Below are positions 1 through 11,296 of a stretch of 64,000 nt of DNA, piece after piece (the stretch's first letter is position 1; every line of letters starts with the position of its first letter). Location: positions 9,263 through 73,262 of the IMG/VR virus record IMGVR_UViG_3300029448_000013. One strand, 5' to 3'. Source of the stretch: a virus. Below the pieces are notes generated by a model. That model saw only the letters and a list, made by a program, of their open reading frames with translations, had not been told where the DNA came from and searched no databases. A program made the position numbers and the translations under genes.

Positions 1-1388
1 AGGTTTCCAATGAATGTCCCTGCAACGAATGTCTCAGAACCAACTGTCCATCTATCTGCACTCTCATCCCAAAATAATGTCTTGTTGGTTTGGTTTCCTC
101 TCTCTACTTCTATACCAGCATCTTGTGATGGTGTGCCTGTCTCGTCTGAGTTTAAGGTGATTATACTGTCACCTATGTTAACAGTGTTTGAAAGAGTAGT
201 GGTTGTTGTGCCACTAACAGTCAAATCGCCACCGATAGTCAGATTTCCCACACTGATATTGTCGCTTGAATCACCAAGGCTGAAAGTTCCTAGATTCACA
301 TTATGCAAAGCAGTCTTCACATTGTCTGTATCTGTAACATCTGCACTTGCTTCTATACCAAGCATGGTCACTAGATTGGCAGGGGATATCTCCTCTATGT
401 TTCCTGCACCTGAAGAGTCCCTTCCAAGTATTCTGTTTGTAGCAGATACGTTTTGCATCTTGGCATATGTGATTGCATCGTTAGCCACATCTGCTGTCGC
501 TATTGTTGCATCTGCTATCATTGCTGATGTGACTTGTACCTCTTCTACTGTTCCTGTGGAAGACTTACCTAGAACTCGATTTGCTGTGCCGATGTCTTGT
601 ATCTTATCATAGGTTACTGCGTCACTTGCAATCTTAGCAGTAGTTACATTGTTATCTGCAATCTTAGCAGTCGTCACGTTTGAGTCAACAATGCTTGCTG
701 TAACAACAGCACTGGATGCTAACTTAGCCGCAGTCACTGCATCATCTGCTAAATTGCTTGTTCCTAAGTTAGATATCTCACTGGTTAAGGCTAGTGTTCC
801 TGTGCTAGAAGGTAATGTAATAGTAGCAGAACCCTTGGTTAGTGTTCCATCATTATTGATTCGCATTGTCTCAGAACCACTGTTGATTGCAGAGAACTGC
901 CGGGTTGATTGTGGATAGAATAGAAACTGATGTAGTCTATCCGTAGCATCGTTTGCATCTCCTGTATCTACCTTTATCACAATCAATGGTATGTCTGCCG
1001 TTGCTAGTTCTGCAACAGTCGCTGCACCAGTGGTTGCCTTTCCAGTAACAGCACCATGTCTCCATGCTAAGACATTTGATGAGGTTACTACAATCACACC
1101 ATACCAATCATTAGAGTTAGGAGCAATAGTAGCAGTGGTCGTTGTTAACGTAGCACCTGATACGCTAACTAACTTACCATCTCTCAGAACTTTACCTGCT
1201 GCCACTTGAAACGAACTAGTTGTTCCTCCATCAACTTGTGTTAGTCCGAATCCATCTATTCCTCTGTTCTCACCAGTGGCAGCGTGTAGTGCCTTGATGA
1301 TTCCTGAGTGTATATTGTCTGTGTTATCCTTCAGTTGTGCAGTTGGATTGGTCGCTAGTGTTGAAATTATACCCGGATTTGTCGTCAT
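1..1388 (-). CDS. Tail fibre-like protein, truncated at the window edge (not in ORF track)
   Basis: ATG at 1388 overlaps the upstream TAA (TAATG). Open frame MTTNPGIISTLATNP... runs to the edge, with VTTAKIAD/AVTYDKIQ/AITYAKMQ repeats and a GIEVERG...LFWDES motif typical of fibres. Confidence 0.75.
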   Translation of the reverse strand, partial: MTTNPGIISTLATNPTAQLKDNTDNIHSGIIKALHAATGENRGIDGFGLTQVDGGTTSSFQVAAGKVLRDGKLVSVSGATLTTTTATIAPNSNDWYGVIVVTSSNVLAWRHGAVTGKATTGAATVAELATADIPLIVIKVDTGDANDATDRLHQFLFYPQSTRQFSAINSGSETMRINNDGTLTKGSATITLPSSTGTLALTSEISNLGTSNLADDAVTAAKLASSAVVTASIVDSNVTTAKIADNNVTTAKIASDAVTYDKIQDIGTANRVLGKSSTGTVEEVQVTSAMIADATIATADVANDAITYAKMQNVSATNRILGRDSSGAGNIEEISPANLVTMLGIEASADVTDTDNVKTALHNVNLGTFSLGDSSDNISVGNLTIGGDLTVSGTTTTTLSNTVNIGDSIITLNSDETGTPSQDAGIEVERGNQTNKTLFWDESADRWTVGSETFVAGTFIGN

Positions 1389-1747
1389 TAATTACCCACC
1401 TCTACTCTAACTGTAAACGAAACTGTGTCTCCACTTGCTACAACACCAGTATTCGTGAAGGTGACTCGGCTCAATAACGTGCCGTTTCCGTTTGTAGTAC
1501 CCGATTTGAAAATGCCTAATTCTGAAACTCCTGATGGTGGTATCTGCGACCCTGTAAAACTCACGTTGTAAACTAAAGTAGAACCCACCACTGTCGGTGT
1601 TTGTGTTGATGGGTGTTGAAAGACGAAGTTATTCAACCCTGTTTGGCTTGCTGATGTACTGTCACCACCATCACCTATTGCAATAATATTGAAATCTCCT
1701 GCTATCAATGTCGCTATTCTGCTTGTTCCTTCATTTACCACTGTCAT
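1388..1747 (-). CDS. Small tail/baseplate or fibre-collar protein
   Basis: 119 aa; IAIGDG...SELGIF...LLSRVTF...GDTVSFTV pattern of small beta-rich tail proteins; lies between hub and fibre genes. Confidence 0.55.
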   Translation of the reverse strand: MTVVNEGTSRIATLIAGDFNIIAIGDGGDSTSASQTGLNNFVFQHPSTQTPTVVGSTLVYNVSFTGSQIPPSGVSELGIFKSGTTNGNGTLLSRVTFTNTGVVASGDTVSFTVRVEVGN

Positions 1748-1749
1748 TT

Positions 1750-4700
1750 TTAATCCTCACTTGTGTAATATCCTATAACTTGACCTGCTGTTGTCTCGAA
1801 TCCTAATGTCTCACCAAATCCAAACAGGTCATCAAAGCCCATATTGGCTGTCTCACCCGTTCCAGTAATTGTATACTGAACCAATGTAGTCTTTAACGGT
1901 ATAGAATCCTTGAAGACTTTACCGACTGAAACTTGTTGTGAGTTTCTGCTGAATAATGTAGAGTTGCTAGAACTCTGTTGACTTCCTATTTCTGACAATC
2001 TCTCTGCTATCGTCTTATCAAAAGTACCTACTGTCATTGTGAGAGTTGGTGTTAGTACATTCTGTATCTCAAAGATTACATAATCATTAGGTGGAATATC
2101 ATATTGAGGAAAATCCAAATAAACGATATCACCTGCTTCAAGAGTCTCAAGACCTTTCTTCTCGACATTAAGTGTTATCTTCCTAGCATCTGATGAATGA
2201 AGTGCCAATAATTCGTTTGCCTTTACCTTCGCATCCGTGATAGTTCTGATATTTGCATCTACGAAGTTTATGTGTGTACCACTCTCATCATTTGCCACAC
2301 TTGTTCTTATCCTATCACCAATTACAGTCACTTTGTTAGCCTTAGCAAACAACGAACTATTTTTCTTCACGGAGAAGATTCTATGGCTTCGATAAGAAAT
2401 TCCCTGTTTTCTCAACAAGGCAGCAGAATTTAAATCACGAAATACCACTTTTCTATTATTAATTCTAAAATCCAAGTTCTTCTTTCCTGCTAATTTGTTC
2501 AATACTTGGAAAGCAGATGCTTGAATGAAATTATCGGTACTAACGAATGTTTTCTTGTTGAACTTAATTATCTCATCATTTAGAAGAGGAACGAACCATA
2601 AATCCACATCTGCATCAGTAGTATCTACATCATTAACAGTGATAGTAGTTCCACTAGTAGAGGAAACAGAACCTATTGGATATCCTTCATGTGTGAATAT
2701 TATATCACCATCTGCAATATTCTCTACTGTGGCTTTGCAAGTAATGACATTATTAGAGACTGAACTCACGATGTTTCCAGTGAACTCTGCTTGAGACTGC
2801 ACCATGTCAATATCGAGACCTGCTTCCTTGGCTATACGCTCAATCTCTGTCTCTACCTCTTCACCGATAATCATACTAGTTCCAATATGGCATTTTGATA
2901 TATTGTTTAGATTCGGTTTTCTATCTAACTCCAACTCTATTATCTCACCAAATGACACTACTCCATTTCCAGTTAATGTTCCCTCATATGTTAGTTTAGC
3001 CTCTCGCTGCCTAACTCCATCCTTTATTGATGGTGAAACATCTGTAAAGGTCATTAGTTTCCTTTGTTTATTCATACCATCTGTAATAAAACAATCAAAA
3101 ACATCGCCAGTTGAGAATGGCATGTTATACACAGAATTACTAGGTGTTTCAGGAACTATCGATTCGATACTGCTTGTTTCAGGTGCTTTATCCAAGTTCA
3201 TCAATACATAAGCACTGAATACTCCTTCGTCTAGATGTTGTCTTGAGTTTCCTGACCTGTTACCTGTATCGTATCTAGAAGTAGTTTCACTGTAATCCAA
3301 ACCAGTTGAATGTAATCGATTCAAAATTATCTCTTTCGGTGTATCTCTAAATGTTGTCTCCGCCAGCCTCATCAATCTGAATCTTGGTTTTCTTGCTCGT
3401 TGGTTGCCGAAAAATATGGAATCGTCTTCTATACTTCTATCTAATTTTATTACATGGGTAAATGAAGTGGCTGTGTTAGTTGTTTGATTGGTGGTGTGGC
3501 TGATAATCTTAGCCATGAAACCAATGTTTCCTCCTCTTCCTGACTCAAATATCTCTCCCTTATGTACTGCTGATGCAGCCACCTTTGCAGCAAGACCAAG
3601 AGATAATTCGTCTTTCAACTCCAAAGTCTTCTCAGCAACAAGGTAGTATCCTGTTAGATTCGGAACGAAAGAGAGCCAAGTGTGCTGTGAATCAGAATCA
3701 CTAGTATCAATGGTAATTGTGTCCCTTGCACTATTAGTCTGACTAAGAGTTATGTTCCCATCAGTTATGTCTAGTACAGGTTTTATCATCATCTGCGCTC
3801 TGTATAGTCCACCATCGTTACTAGAGGTGAAATCGGTATCATTATGTAAGTCATATTCTGTGGTTGTTACAGATTCACCTTCGCTAGAACCTAAGAAGTA
3901 TTTCACTCCCAAATCAGTAAAAGACCCTACACCACTATTTCCAGTATTGTCAACTCTGCCTGACCTCGTATGCGTCCCTGTTATTGCATAGGTGTGCGGA
4001 TTATTTTGGAATATCATTGTATTTACAGTGTGTTGGTCAAGGTCAGTTGCACTGTCATTACTGCCCCCATCGAAGCCAGTAACATAATCGGTGTGGTTGG
4101 TTATTTCTTGTCTGCTTCCTAGTATAGCACTTGTTTGAAACATGTCATTTGGTACACTTGGCCCATCTGCACTAATTTTCCTGATGTTTCTAAATACTCC
4201 AATACAGTTCTCATAAGGATGAGCATCGGTATGTAGTCCATATTTTTCTGCACGATGAACATCAGTGGCACTACCGGGTCTATGTACTAAACCTGCAATA
4301 ACCCTTGAACTGTTTGTAAAAATGTCAGTTCCACTATTCAATCCGGTGTCACTATGCCATGTGTATTCAGGATGATATGGACTCAAATCCGAGACATTGG
4401 GATTCGTGCTATGTGTTGATGATTTGAATACGAATGGAATGAAAACACTAGGCGGCAAAAAATCATCACTGTTATTGCTGAGTTTAGCATACTTGAATAT
4501 ACCACCCTCTGAATGATAGTTAGGTCTTGCTAAGTAGACACTTGTGAAATCTACTTTTGCCTGTGACTCAGCAAAGTCATCATTCGTTAGTATTGGTGTT
4601 TGAAACCCTTCATCTTCAAACTTGAATATCTCAAAGGACAACTTTGAGTATTGTCTGATTAGATATGCAGGAGTGTTTAGAGCAGTGTTGTCTCCTGTTA

Positions 4701-7700
4701 CGTTTTCCAAGTTAGATTGATTTGCACCACTGCTCATAGTAGTAATAGTTCCCTTGACAATGAATACCAACTCTCCTGTATCTGCTCTGAAGACAGCATC
4801 TCCCTCTGCTAGTGATAGAGTACCACCACCTGTGAAAGTCAATGTGTTATTGTTACTACCATCTTTGACGGCTGCTAACGTAGCAGGACTGGTTTCTCTA
4901 ACTGCATACATCTGATATCTTTCGATGTCTAGTAGTGCATCATTAGGAGTGGGTAGTGAATCAGGGTCAACAGGATTAAAATGCCAATCAAAGGTTGCTT
5001 CTACTAATCTAGCAATACCGAACCTCTTGATGTTGTTCGTAGTCGTACTAGCAGATTTTATTGATACTCTTTCATAGTTCGTATCTGTCTTCTCAATCAT
5101 TTTTGTAGTTCCACTGTAAGATGAATGGGAAACTGATGTTGTAGAGTTCTTTCCACTGCTTTCTAGTAGACATGCTAAGTCTTCAAAGTTGATTGTCTGA
5201 CTTCCAATGTTGTTGTATCTTAGGTTTGAATATGGAAATAAATCTCCTGTTGCGAATATCTCATAGTTCTGTGCTTTAGGAGCATGATGCAATAATTTGT
5301 TTATGTCAGATATCCTTGTATTAATTGTACCAGTAGAACTGATAGCATGGTTTGGTGGCACTACATTAGTCACACTAGCAACATCGACAAATGCACTCCC
5401 TGTTGCATGTCTTAATGTGTAGTTAGAGTCATTCATGTTGCTTCCCAACAGAGGAGCAGAAGAGACAGATAGAGTAGGTGAAGAAGGTGCGATACCATTT
5501 GCCTTTATTGGATAAGCAATTGAATAAGCAGATATTGCCTGTGGATGATTAGCACTCTCGTATATTCCAGCATCCGACTTAGTAATCATTCCTGCTTGTA
5601 ATATTTGAGTATCCCAATACCTGTATGTTTCTTTGGGTGTATAGAAGGTGTTTTGTTGATTTCCCTTTCCTCCTATTTGTGGGTCTACTCTATGTATGAA
5701 TCCACCAGTGTTTACATTGTTATTCACCATGTAGAATGAATATCCAGTTCTAGTGTCAGCAGTGTTGCTTTCTAGTCTAGCCATAACCAAAGGACATATT
5801 GGTGAGATTGACATTTTGAATCCACCATCATCCTTAGAAATGGTTTCTACAATATCAAACATCTCGGAAGCATATGTCATCTTGCTAATTTTTGTTGTTG
5901 ATACTCCTGTTTCCTTTGACAACTGTATTGCAAAAGCAGAGTCTGCATTCAATGTACTGGTGTTTAACGAGTTAATACTTATTGGGCTAGTGATATCATA
6001 TCCTAGTGTTCTGTCTTCAGCGAATGAAGCAGTGTTGGATGTCGATTCTAACTTGGTTCTAGTATCTGTTCTATTAAACGAGAATGAATCGGAGAATACC
6101 AAGCCTTTGTCGCTGACTCTTGAGAAATCAGTAGCAGAGTTAGTTATCAATGAATTGCTACCAATCGCTTTCTTGCCTGAGAGGTATGTTGCTTCAGCAT
6201 GAGGGTCATAGTAGTAGATATCAGTATCCGCAGTAGTGGATAGTGTCACCAAAGGCTCATGTGTGAGAGTTGTAGCAGTTGTTGTTGCCGATGCTACCTC
6301 CCCAATAAAAATCATATTGTCTGCTTCAGTGGTACTTCTAGTAAACAACAAAATTCTTGCTAAAGCAGTAGTATTCCAATTGCTTATCGCAGCGTGAGTA
6401 ATGACTTTGCCACTCACACCGCTTACATCCATAGTTGTTTCATTCAATGCTGGTACAATAGGATTCAATGTGCTATACACCATGTCCTCAGAAAAGGATA
6501 GATTCTTGTCTATCAAAGTGTTCAACAAAGCAGCATTAGTATCTCTTCCTTCAATCACCAACGTTGACAGACCATTCTCAGCAGAAGTCTCACTTAATTC
6601 AACTGTACCATCAAAGACCTCTTCTTGCAAACTGTATGTATTTGTATAATAGTAGAATCTCTGTATGTTTGTGTTCTGATAGAACTTTCTACTTGCGTCT
6701 TGGAACTTGACAAACTCCATATCCTTGTCTATGTAATCTACATGGTTCTGATGAGTGTTGAGATTAGAGAAGACAACCTTAGTATCATAGAACTTGGATT
6801 CTTCTTTAGGTATGGTTGTGCCTGATACGGTTAGTCTGTTTCCATCTGCATAAACTACCTGAGTATCAGAATCAAAGTCCTCTGTGTTTAGAACTCCTGT
6901 CCAAGCAGCAATCTCAACATCTTCATTATCGAAGTCATGCACAGTTGCAGCGACAGTGAATGTTGTTGCCTTGAGAGTCTTATTTGCCTTTACTGTGACA
7001 TCTTGCGTACCTGAAGATTTACTCTGTACTGCATCTATCACATAATAATAACCATCTATCTTGATGATAGAATTAGCAGCAAGTTTAGTGGATAATGCGT
7101 AGTCATGTGTATCGAACATCTCTGTGAATCGAATCTCATTTGCACCATCTACCTTGAATGCCTTGAATGGTAGTTTCTTGAAAGTCATTTTGTCGCTGAA
7201 TGTTGTCTTCATTGCCTTGAGTTTCTGACCCTCTCGTATTTTTTCTGACATCATTCCTGAGTTGTTTAGTAATTTAGTTTTGAATATCTTACTCATTTTA
7301 TTTTGAGGATTATTGACAATTATATCCGTAGTGAATGGAATGATGTCATTCCTACGAGGTCTTGGGTCAGATGTTATGTATCTTGAAGGACCAGTTCGAT
7401 TACCATCAAGAGTCGCTGATGTTACGGATGTGCTATCCCCCGTATGTCTCTTCATGTTTGGGAACGCTTCGTGCCATAGAATCGGATTAAAATTACTATC
7501 ACCGTCATCAGTCGCCCTTAGATTATCCACAAGAGTCGCATCTAGTTTTCTCCTTCCGATGTTGGTTATTGTTCCTTTCAACTTCGCTTCCGTTCTGAAT
7601 ACTATATTCTGTATTCCCTTGCCATAACGAAGAACGAATGCTCCTCCACTAGCATTCCATGTAGATGACGATGCTTGTCTAGAGAAATCCAGTTCAATAG

Positions 7701-8781
7701 AGTTATCACTAGTATTGATTGTTTTCACATTTCCTACAAAATCATCTGTGGCATCATCGAACAATGACATTCCTTGAAAGACTGTATTCATAAAAGTGGA
7801 ATAACTGCCAGTGCTAACGAATAGTTTCTTTGATGAACTTCCTTCTTCAAACGCTGAGTAAGCATTACTTGTATTCAGGAATCCTACTTGATTTTGATTT
7901 CCAGCCCCACCATGATTGTAATCCCACCATCTCAATCTAGTGACGGTGTATTTCTCCATGTAGTCCAATTGGTCATCCTGCTCCAACCTGTCATTGTAGA
8001 AGTAGAACGTTGGTCTATCGACTCTGTTTAGCACATCATAGTTGTCTGTCGAAGCCTGATTGTCACCACGAAGACCATAACTCACAGCCATGACATCGGT
8101 ATCTGTCTTCGCTGGCCCTTTGAATATCTCAAAGTTAGTTCCCTTCGGTATAGAAGTAGGATACTTAGGACTGAACTCCAAACCATCTCCAAACTCATCG
8201 AATGTAGATATTCGGTTTATCTTGGCAAAGTGCGGTCTTGCGGTATCCGTCTGTGTTGATGAATCATATATCTCAGGATTCAACATAATGAAGTAATCAT
8301 AGTTCTCTATATCTAATGCTACAACATCAGTAGCAGGATAGTCAATGACAGTAGCACCCAATGAGGTATCTGCATATACAAACTTTCTATTTGTCTCGCC
8401 TGTACTAATACTAGTATCATATGCTTTTATTTTGAAGGGAGGTGTTGTTTCCTTAGTCGTAGCATAGTTAGCGATAGTCTTATTCTTTGGAAGAAGCCTA
8501 TTTCCTATTTGGTCAGCCTTGTCATTGGATATAGAGCCACCATGAGACCCCTTTCTAATCTCAGTGAATATGACAGATGGAACTACATCAGATGTGGCAG
8601 TTCCAGTTCCACTAGTCTCAGACTCTACATATGTTGCTTTCAATACAGGATTGACTGATACATCCTTGAATGCAAAACTATCAGAGAACTCCGTAGCCAT
8701 ACTAGCATAGGCTTCAGTAGCATTAGACTCATTGACTCCTGATTTCAAAGGATAGAGAATAGTTCCGTTTGTCTTTGCCAT
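1750..8781 (-). CDS. Very large tail tip/baseplate hub-type protein (about 2340 aa)
   Basis: S/T/D/N-rich, downstream of the tape measure gene. C-terminal LEAGDIVYLDFP...YVIFEI resembles tail hub C-termini. Start placed at MAKTNG. Confidence 0.6.
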   Translation of the reverse strand: MAKTNGTILYPLKSGVNESNATEAYASMATEFSDSFAFKDVSVNPVLKATYVESETSGTGTATSDVVPSVIFTEIRKGSHGGSISNDKADQIGNRLLPKNKTIANYATTKETTPPFKIKAYDTSISTGETNRKFVYADTSLGATVIDYPATDVVALDIENYDYFIMLNPEIYDSSTQTDTARPHFAKINRISTFDEFGDGLEFSPKYPTSIPKGTNFEIFKGPAKTDTDVMAVSYGLRGDNQASTDNYDVLNRVDRPTFYFYNDRLEQDDQLDYMEKYTVTRLRWWDYNHGGAGNQNQVGFLNTSNAYSAFEEGSSSKKLFVSTGSYSTFMNTVFQGMSLFDDATDDFVGNVKTINTSDNSIELDFSRQASSSTWNASGGAFVLRYGKGIQNIVFRTEAKLKGTITNIGRRKLDATLVDNLRATDDGDSNFNPILWHEAFPNMKRHTGDSTSVTSATLDGNRTGPSRYITSDPRPRRNDIIPFTTDIIVNNPQNKMSKIFKTKLLNNSGMMSEKIREGQKLKAMKTTFSDKMTFKKLPFKAFKVDGANEIRFTEMFDTHDYALSTKLAANSIIKIDGYYYVIDAVQSKSSGTQDVTVKANKTLKATTFTVAATVHDFDNEDVEIAAWTGVLNTEDFDSDTQVVYADGNRLTVSGTTIPKEESKFYDTKVVFSNLNTHQNHVDYIDKDMEFVKFQDASRKFYQNTNIQRFYYYTNTYSLQEEVFDGTVELSETSAENGLSTLVIEGRDTNAALLNTLIDKNLSFSEDMVYSTLNPIVPALNETTMDVSGVSGKVITHAAISNWNTTALARILLFTRSTTEADNMIFIGEVASATTTATTLTHEPLVTLSTTADTDIYYYDPHAEATYLSGKKAIGSNSLITNSATDFSRVSDKGLVFSDSFSFNRTDTRTKLESTSNTASFAEDRTLGYDITSPISINSLNTSTLNADSAFAIQLSKETGVSTTKISKMTYASEMFDIVETISKDDGGFKMSISPICPLVMARLESNTADTRTGYSFYMVNNNVNTGGFIHRVDPQIGGKGNQQNTFYTPKETYRYWDTQILQAGMITKSDAGIYESANHPQAISAYSIAYPIKANGIAPSSPTLSVSSAPLLGSNMNDSNYTLRHATGSAFVDVASVTNVVPPNHAISSTGTINTRISDINKLLHHAPKAQNYEIFATGDLFPYSNLRYNNIGSQTINFEDLACLLESSGKNSTTSVSHSSYSGTTKMIEKTDTNYERVSIKSASTTTNNIKRFGIARLVEATFDWHFNPVDPDSLPTPNDALLDIERYQMYAVRETSPATLAAVKDGSNNNTLTFTGGGTLSLAEGDAVFRADTGELVFIVKGTITTMSSGANQSNLENVTGDNTALNTPAYLIRQYSKLSFEIFKFEDEGFQTPILTNDDFAESQAKVDFTSVYLARPNYHSEGGIFKYAKLSNNSDDFLPPSVFIPFVFKSSTHSTNPNVSDLSPYHPEYTWHSDTGLNSGTDIFTNSSRVIAGLVHRPGSATDVHRAEKYGLHTDAHPYENCIGVFRNIRKISADGPSVPNDMFQTSAILGSRQEITNHTDYVTGFDGGSNDSATDLDQHTVNTMIFQNNPHTYAITGTHTRSGRVDNTGNSGVGSFTDLGVKYFLGSSEGESVTTTEYDLHNDTDFTSSNDGGLYRAQMMIKPVLDITDGNITLSQTNSARDTITIDTSDSDSQHTWLSFVPNLTGYYLVAEKTLELKDELSLGLAAKVAASAVHKGEIFESGRGGNIGFMAKIISHTTNQTTNTATSFTHVIKLDRSIEDDSIFFGNQRARKPRFRLMRLAETTFRDTPKEIILNRLHSTGLDYSETTSRYDTGNRSGNSRQHLDEGVFSAYVLMNLDKAPETSSIESIVPETPSNSVYNMPFSTGDVFDCFITDGMNKQRKLMTFTDVSPSIKDGVRQREAKLTYEGTLTGNGVVSFGEIIELELDRKPNLNNISKCHIGTSMIIGEEVETEIERIAKEAGLDIDMVQSQAEFTGNIVSSVSNNVITCKATVENIADGDIIFTHEGYPIGSVSSTSGTTITVNDVDTTDADVDLWFVPLLNDEIIKFNKKTFVSTDNFIQASAFQVLNKLAGKKNLDFRINNRKVVFRDLNSAALLRKQGISYRSHRIFSVKKNSSLFAKANKVTVIGDRIRTSVANDESGTHINFVDANIRTITDAKVKANELLALHSSDARKITLNVEKKGLETLEAGDIVYLDFPQYDIPPNDYVIFEIQNVLTPTLTMTVGTFDKTIAERLSEIGSQQSSSNSTLFSRNSQQVSVGKVFKDSIPLKTTLVQYTITGTGETANMGFDDLFGFGETLGFETTAGQVIGYYTSED

Positions 8782-8783
8782 TG

Positions 8784-11288
8784 TCAATCACCAAAAGAAT
8801 AGTAGAAGAGAGTATCATTGTAATTAGGAGTAAGTGTAGAGATACTGGCACATGGAGTTGAAGATTTATGAAATGCAATCTCATAGAGTTCTCCCATGAA
8901 TTGCGTTGCTTTTCTAGCAGTAGCAGACAGACTCGCATCTTGCCCAATGAAACAATCGCCCGGATTTGTATCCAATCTGAACTTGCCGATATTTACCTTT
9001 ACTCTCTTTACTGGTTGGTTATTCAAATACAGGGTAATAGTATTGCTGTCAAAAGACATTCCTACTTTGTTGACTTGCTCTAGATACAATGCTTCTTTTT
9101 GTTGGTCTCTGTATATAGTAGATGTAACCGTTGTAGCGGGATTTGTTGCAAGAGTTATGTTATCACCACTCACACTAGAAACAGTGCCTATCAATGTACC
9201 AACGTTATCGTATATGCTGTTACCAGCACCTATGCTAATCGCTTCTCCTGAACCTACTGTGATTGTTTGGGTGTTTGTACTAAATGCTCCTAAGGTTAGT
9301 CCTGAAGTTATTCCTGTACTGGCAATTGCTTGGTCTCCTGCTGAAGCCGCTATAATAGTAATAACACTTCCACTTCTAGAGACCGACAATGAACCATTGT
9401 GTCCCGAAGAACCTGCAATGACTGCTTTTAGATTATCAGCAGTCGTTTGTGTATTTCCTGCTACGTTTGTAAAGAAGACAACATCATTACTTCCTTCTGT
9501 TGCAGTAGAGCCATTGGTCTCACTATTGTCTCCTTTGGTTGGCTTGTACTTCTTGACGAGACCAGCACTGTCTTCTAAAGTGATGAATGCGGTTGGTGTG
9601 CTTGCGGCAGAGTAGTTGGAAAACTGACTACCACTAACACTAACGACACTAGAGTAGCCACTTACTCTTGCTAGAGCCTGATTAGTTTGAGTTGATGTGC
9701 TTGGAGATGTGACCGTTACTACGCTGCCACTCGCACTCGCTTGGTCTCCTGCAAAATTCGTACCACTAAAAGCAGCATTAATTGCTCCTGCTAAATAACT
9801 AGCAGTGACACTTGTATTGCCTCCTATCAAAACTTTGTGAACAGGACTAACACTTGTTGTGCTGTTAGTATCCAATGTCCCATTTGTAAAAGTACCACTA
9901 AAGAACTTGAAATATTTAGTTTGTAAATTACCAATACTGTTTCTTAATGCTACTGTCATGTAGTAGTTTACATTACTAGCACCTGTGGCATTTGTTCCTC
10001 CTGAGAAAACAGTGGCAGTCAACTTACCACCGTTAGCAATACTAGAACCAATAACAGGACCAGTATTAGGAGTAGTGCTATGGTTTCCTGCTGTTCCAGT
10101 AGCATCTTGTGTCAATGAAATAGTTCCTGTAACACCAGTGACATTGAGAGTTGTAGCAGTAATATCCAATCCTGAACTTGGGTTGCTGCCAACACCATTG
10201 AATGTGTTGATTGCTTGGTTTAACATTAATCTAAAATTTTGACTACTACCACTAGAAGTTAAACCCACTTCAGGAACAAATATGTCAGTCGGTAAATATC
10301 CCGCTCCGGTTAATGCATCGACTATAAGACCACCACCCGTCATACCCGCCATACCATCCATGTCCGATATTCTTGCACTAGCCCCTTGCATTTCAGAAGG
10401 AAATCCATTACTGGAAGAATTATCAATGTAAAAGAATCTATATGTTTTATTTGCACTAGTTCCTGAACCTGTTTGTCTGTTCCTTAAAATGATAGCATTA
10501 TTGTCACTAGGAGCAGTGCTTGCTGTTATCGGAGTAGGACTCCAACCACTACTGAATGTTATAGCCCCTGTTGCTACTGTTGCTGATGAACCAGCGACAT
10601 CCAAGTGGGAAGAACCCGGTTGAGCATTCATCGTGAATGTAGCACTTCCAAGTGTTCCAGCAGTGTTTGTGAAACTAGCCAAGTTTCCTGATACCGTTGT
10701 TGTTGCTGTTGGTAGAGAACCAGTTGCACTACTGGTTATTTTTGTCTTATCTGTTGTTATTCCACTGTATAATCCATTAGGGTCATAATATCCTACAAGG
10801 TTCTTCTGAGAGACAAACACTGGTTCACTTGCAACAGTGTGTGCTATTGGTGTGCCAATGGAGTCAGTTAGTTCAACAACCATCTTGTATTCTGCTGGTT
10901 GATTGAAGTTGGATGACGTAGTATTCTGTAAGTAAAACTTCAGATAGTCATTGCAGAATATCATCATCTTGTGAGTGCTTCTACCTGCTCCGAAGTAACT
11001 GACACTCTCAAAGTCCGATGTTGCATCTGTTTGGTCATCTAATGATAGATTCGGACTAGGAGGGGTTTTTGTGCTGTCGAGTCTTCCCTTTCCCGTTGTT
11101 CTATTACCAACCCCATTTACATCATAGGGAGTTAATATTGCTTCAATACTAAATGGCCCTCCGTAATCCCACAACTCATCTTTAGAAGTATTCGTATTAT
11201 AGTCATCATACTCTATCTTCAGATGTCCATCACACATAACAGGAAATATCAATGCTCTTGTATCTCCTACATGTGCTGTTGTTGCCAT
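8784..11288 (-). CDS. Tail protein with a split LamG-like domain
   Basis: N-terminal GPFSIEAILTP and C-terminal TLYLNNQ...FIGQD...FMGELYEIAF are LamG-like; the middle is S/T/G-rich. Confidence 0.55.
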   Translation of the reverse strand: MATTAHVGDTRALIFPVMCDGHLKIEYDDYNTNTSKDELWDYGGPFSIEAILTPYDVNGVGNRTTGKGRLDSTKTPPSPNLSLDDQTDATSDFESVSYFGAGRSTHKMMIFCNDYLKFYLQNTTSSNFNQPAEYKMVVELTDSIGTPIAHTVASEPVFVSQKNLVGYYDPNGLYSGITTDKTKITSSATGSLPTATTTVSGNLASFTNTAGTLGSATFTMNAQPGSSHLDVAGSSATVATGAITFSSGWSPTPITASTAPSDNNAIILRNRQTGSGTSANKTYRFFYIDNSSSNGFPSEMQGASARISDMDGMAGMTGGGLIVDALTGAGYLPTDIFVPEVGLTSSGSSQNFRLMLNQAINTFNGVGSNPSSGLDITATTLNVTGVTGTISLTQDATGTAGNHSTTPNTGPVIGSSIANGGKLTATVFSGGTNATGASNVNYYMTVALRNSIGNLQTKYFKFFSGTFTNGTLDTNSTTSVSPVHKVLIGGNTSVTASYLAGAINAAFSGTNFAGDQASASGSVVTVTSPSTSTQTNQALARVSGYSSVVSVSGSQFSNYSAASTPTAFITLEDSAGLVKKYKPTKGDNSETNGSTATEGSNDVVFFTNVAGNTQTTADNLKAVIAGSSGHNGSLSVSRSGSVITIIAASAGDQAIASTGITSGLTLGAFSTNTQTITVGSGEAISIGAGNSIYDNVGTLIGTVSSVSGDNITLATNPATTVTSTIYRDQQKEALYLEQVNKVGMSFDSNTITLYLNNQPVKRVKVNIGKFRLDTNPGDCFIGQDASLSATARKATQFMGELYEIAFHKSSTPCASISTLTPNYNDTLFYYSFGD

Positions 11289-11296
11289 ATCTTCAC

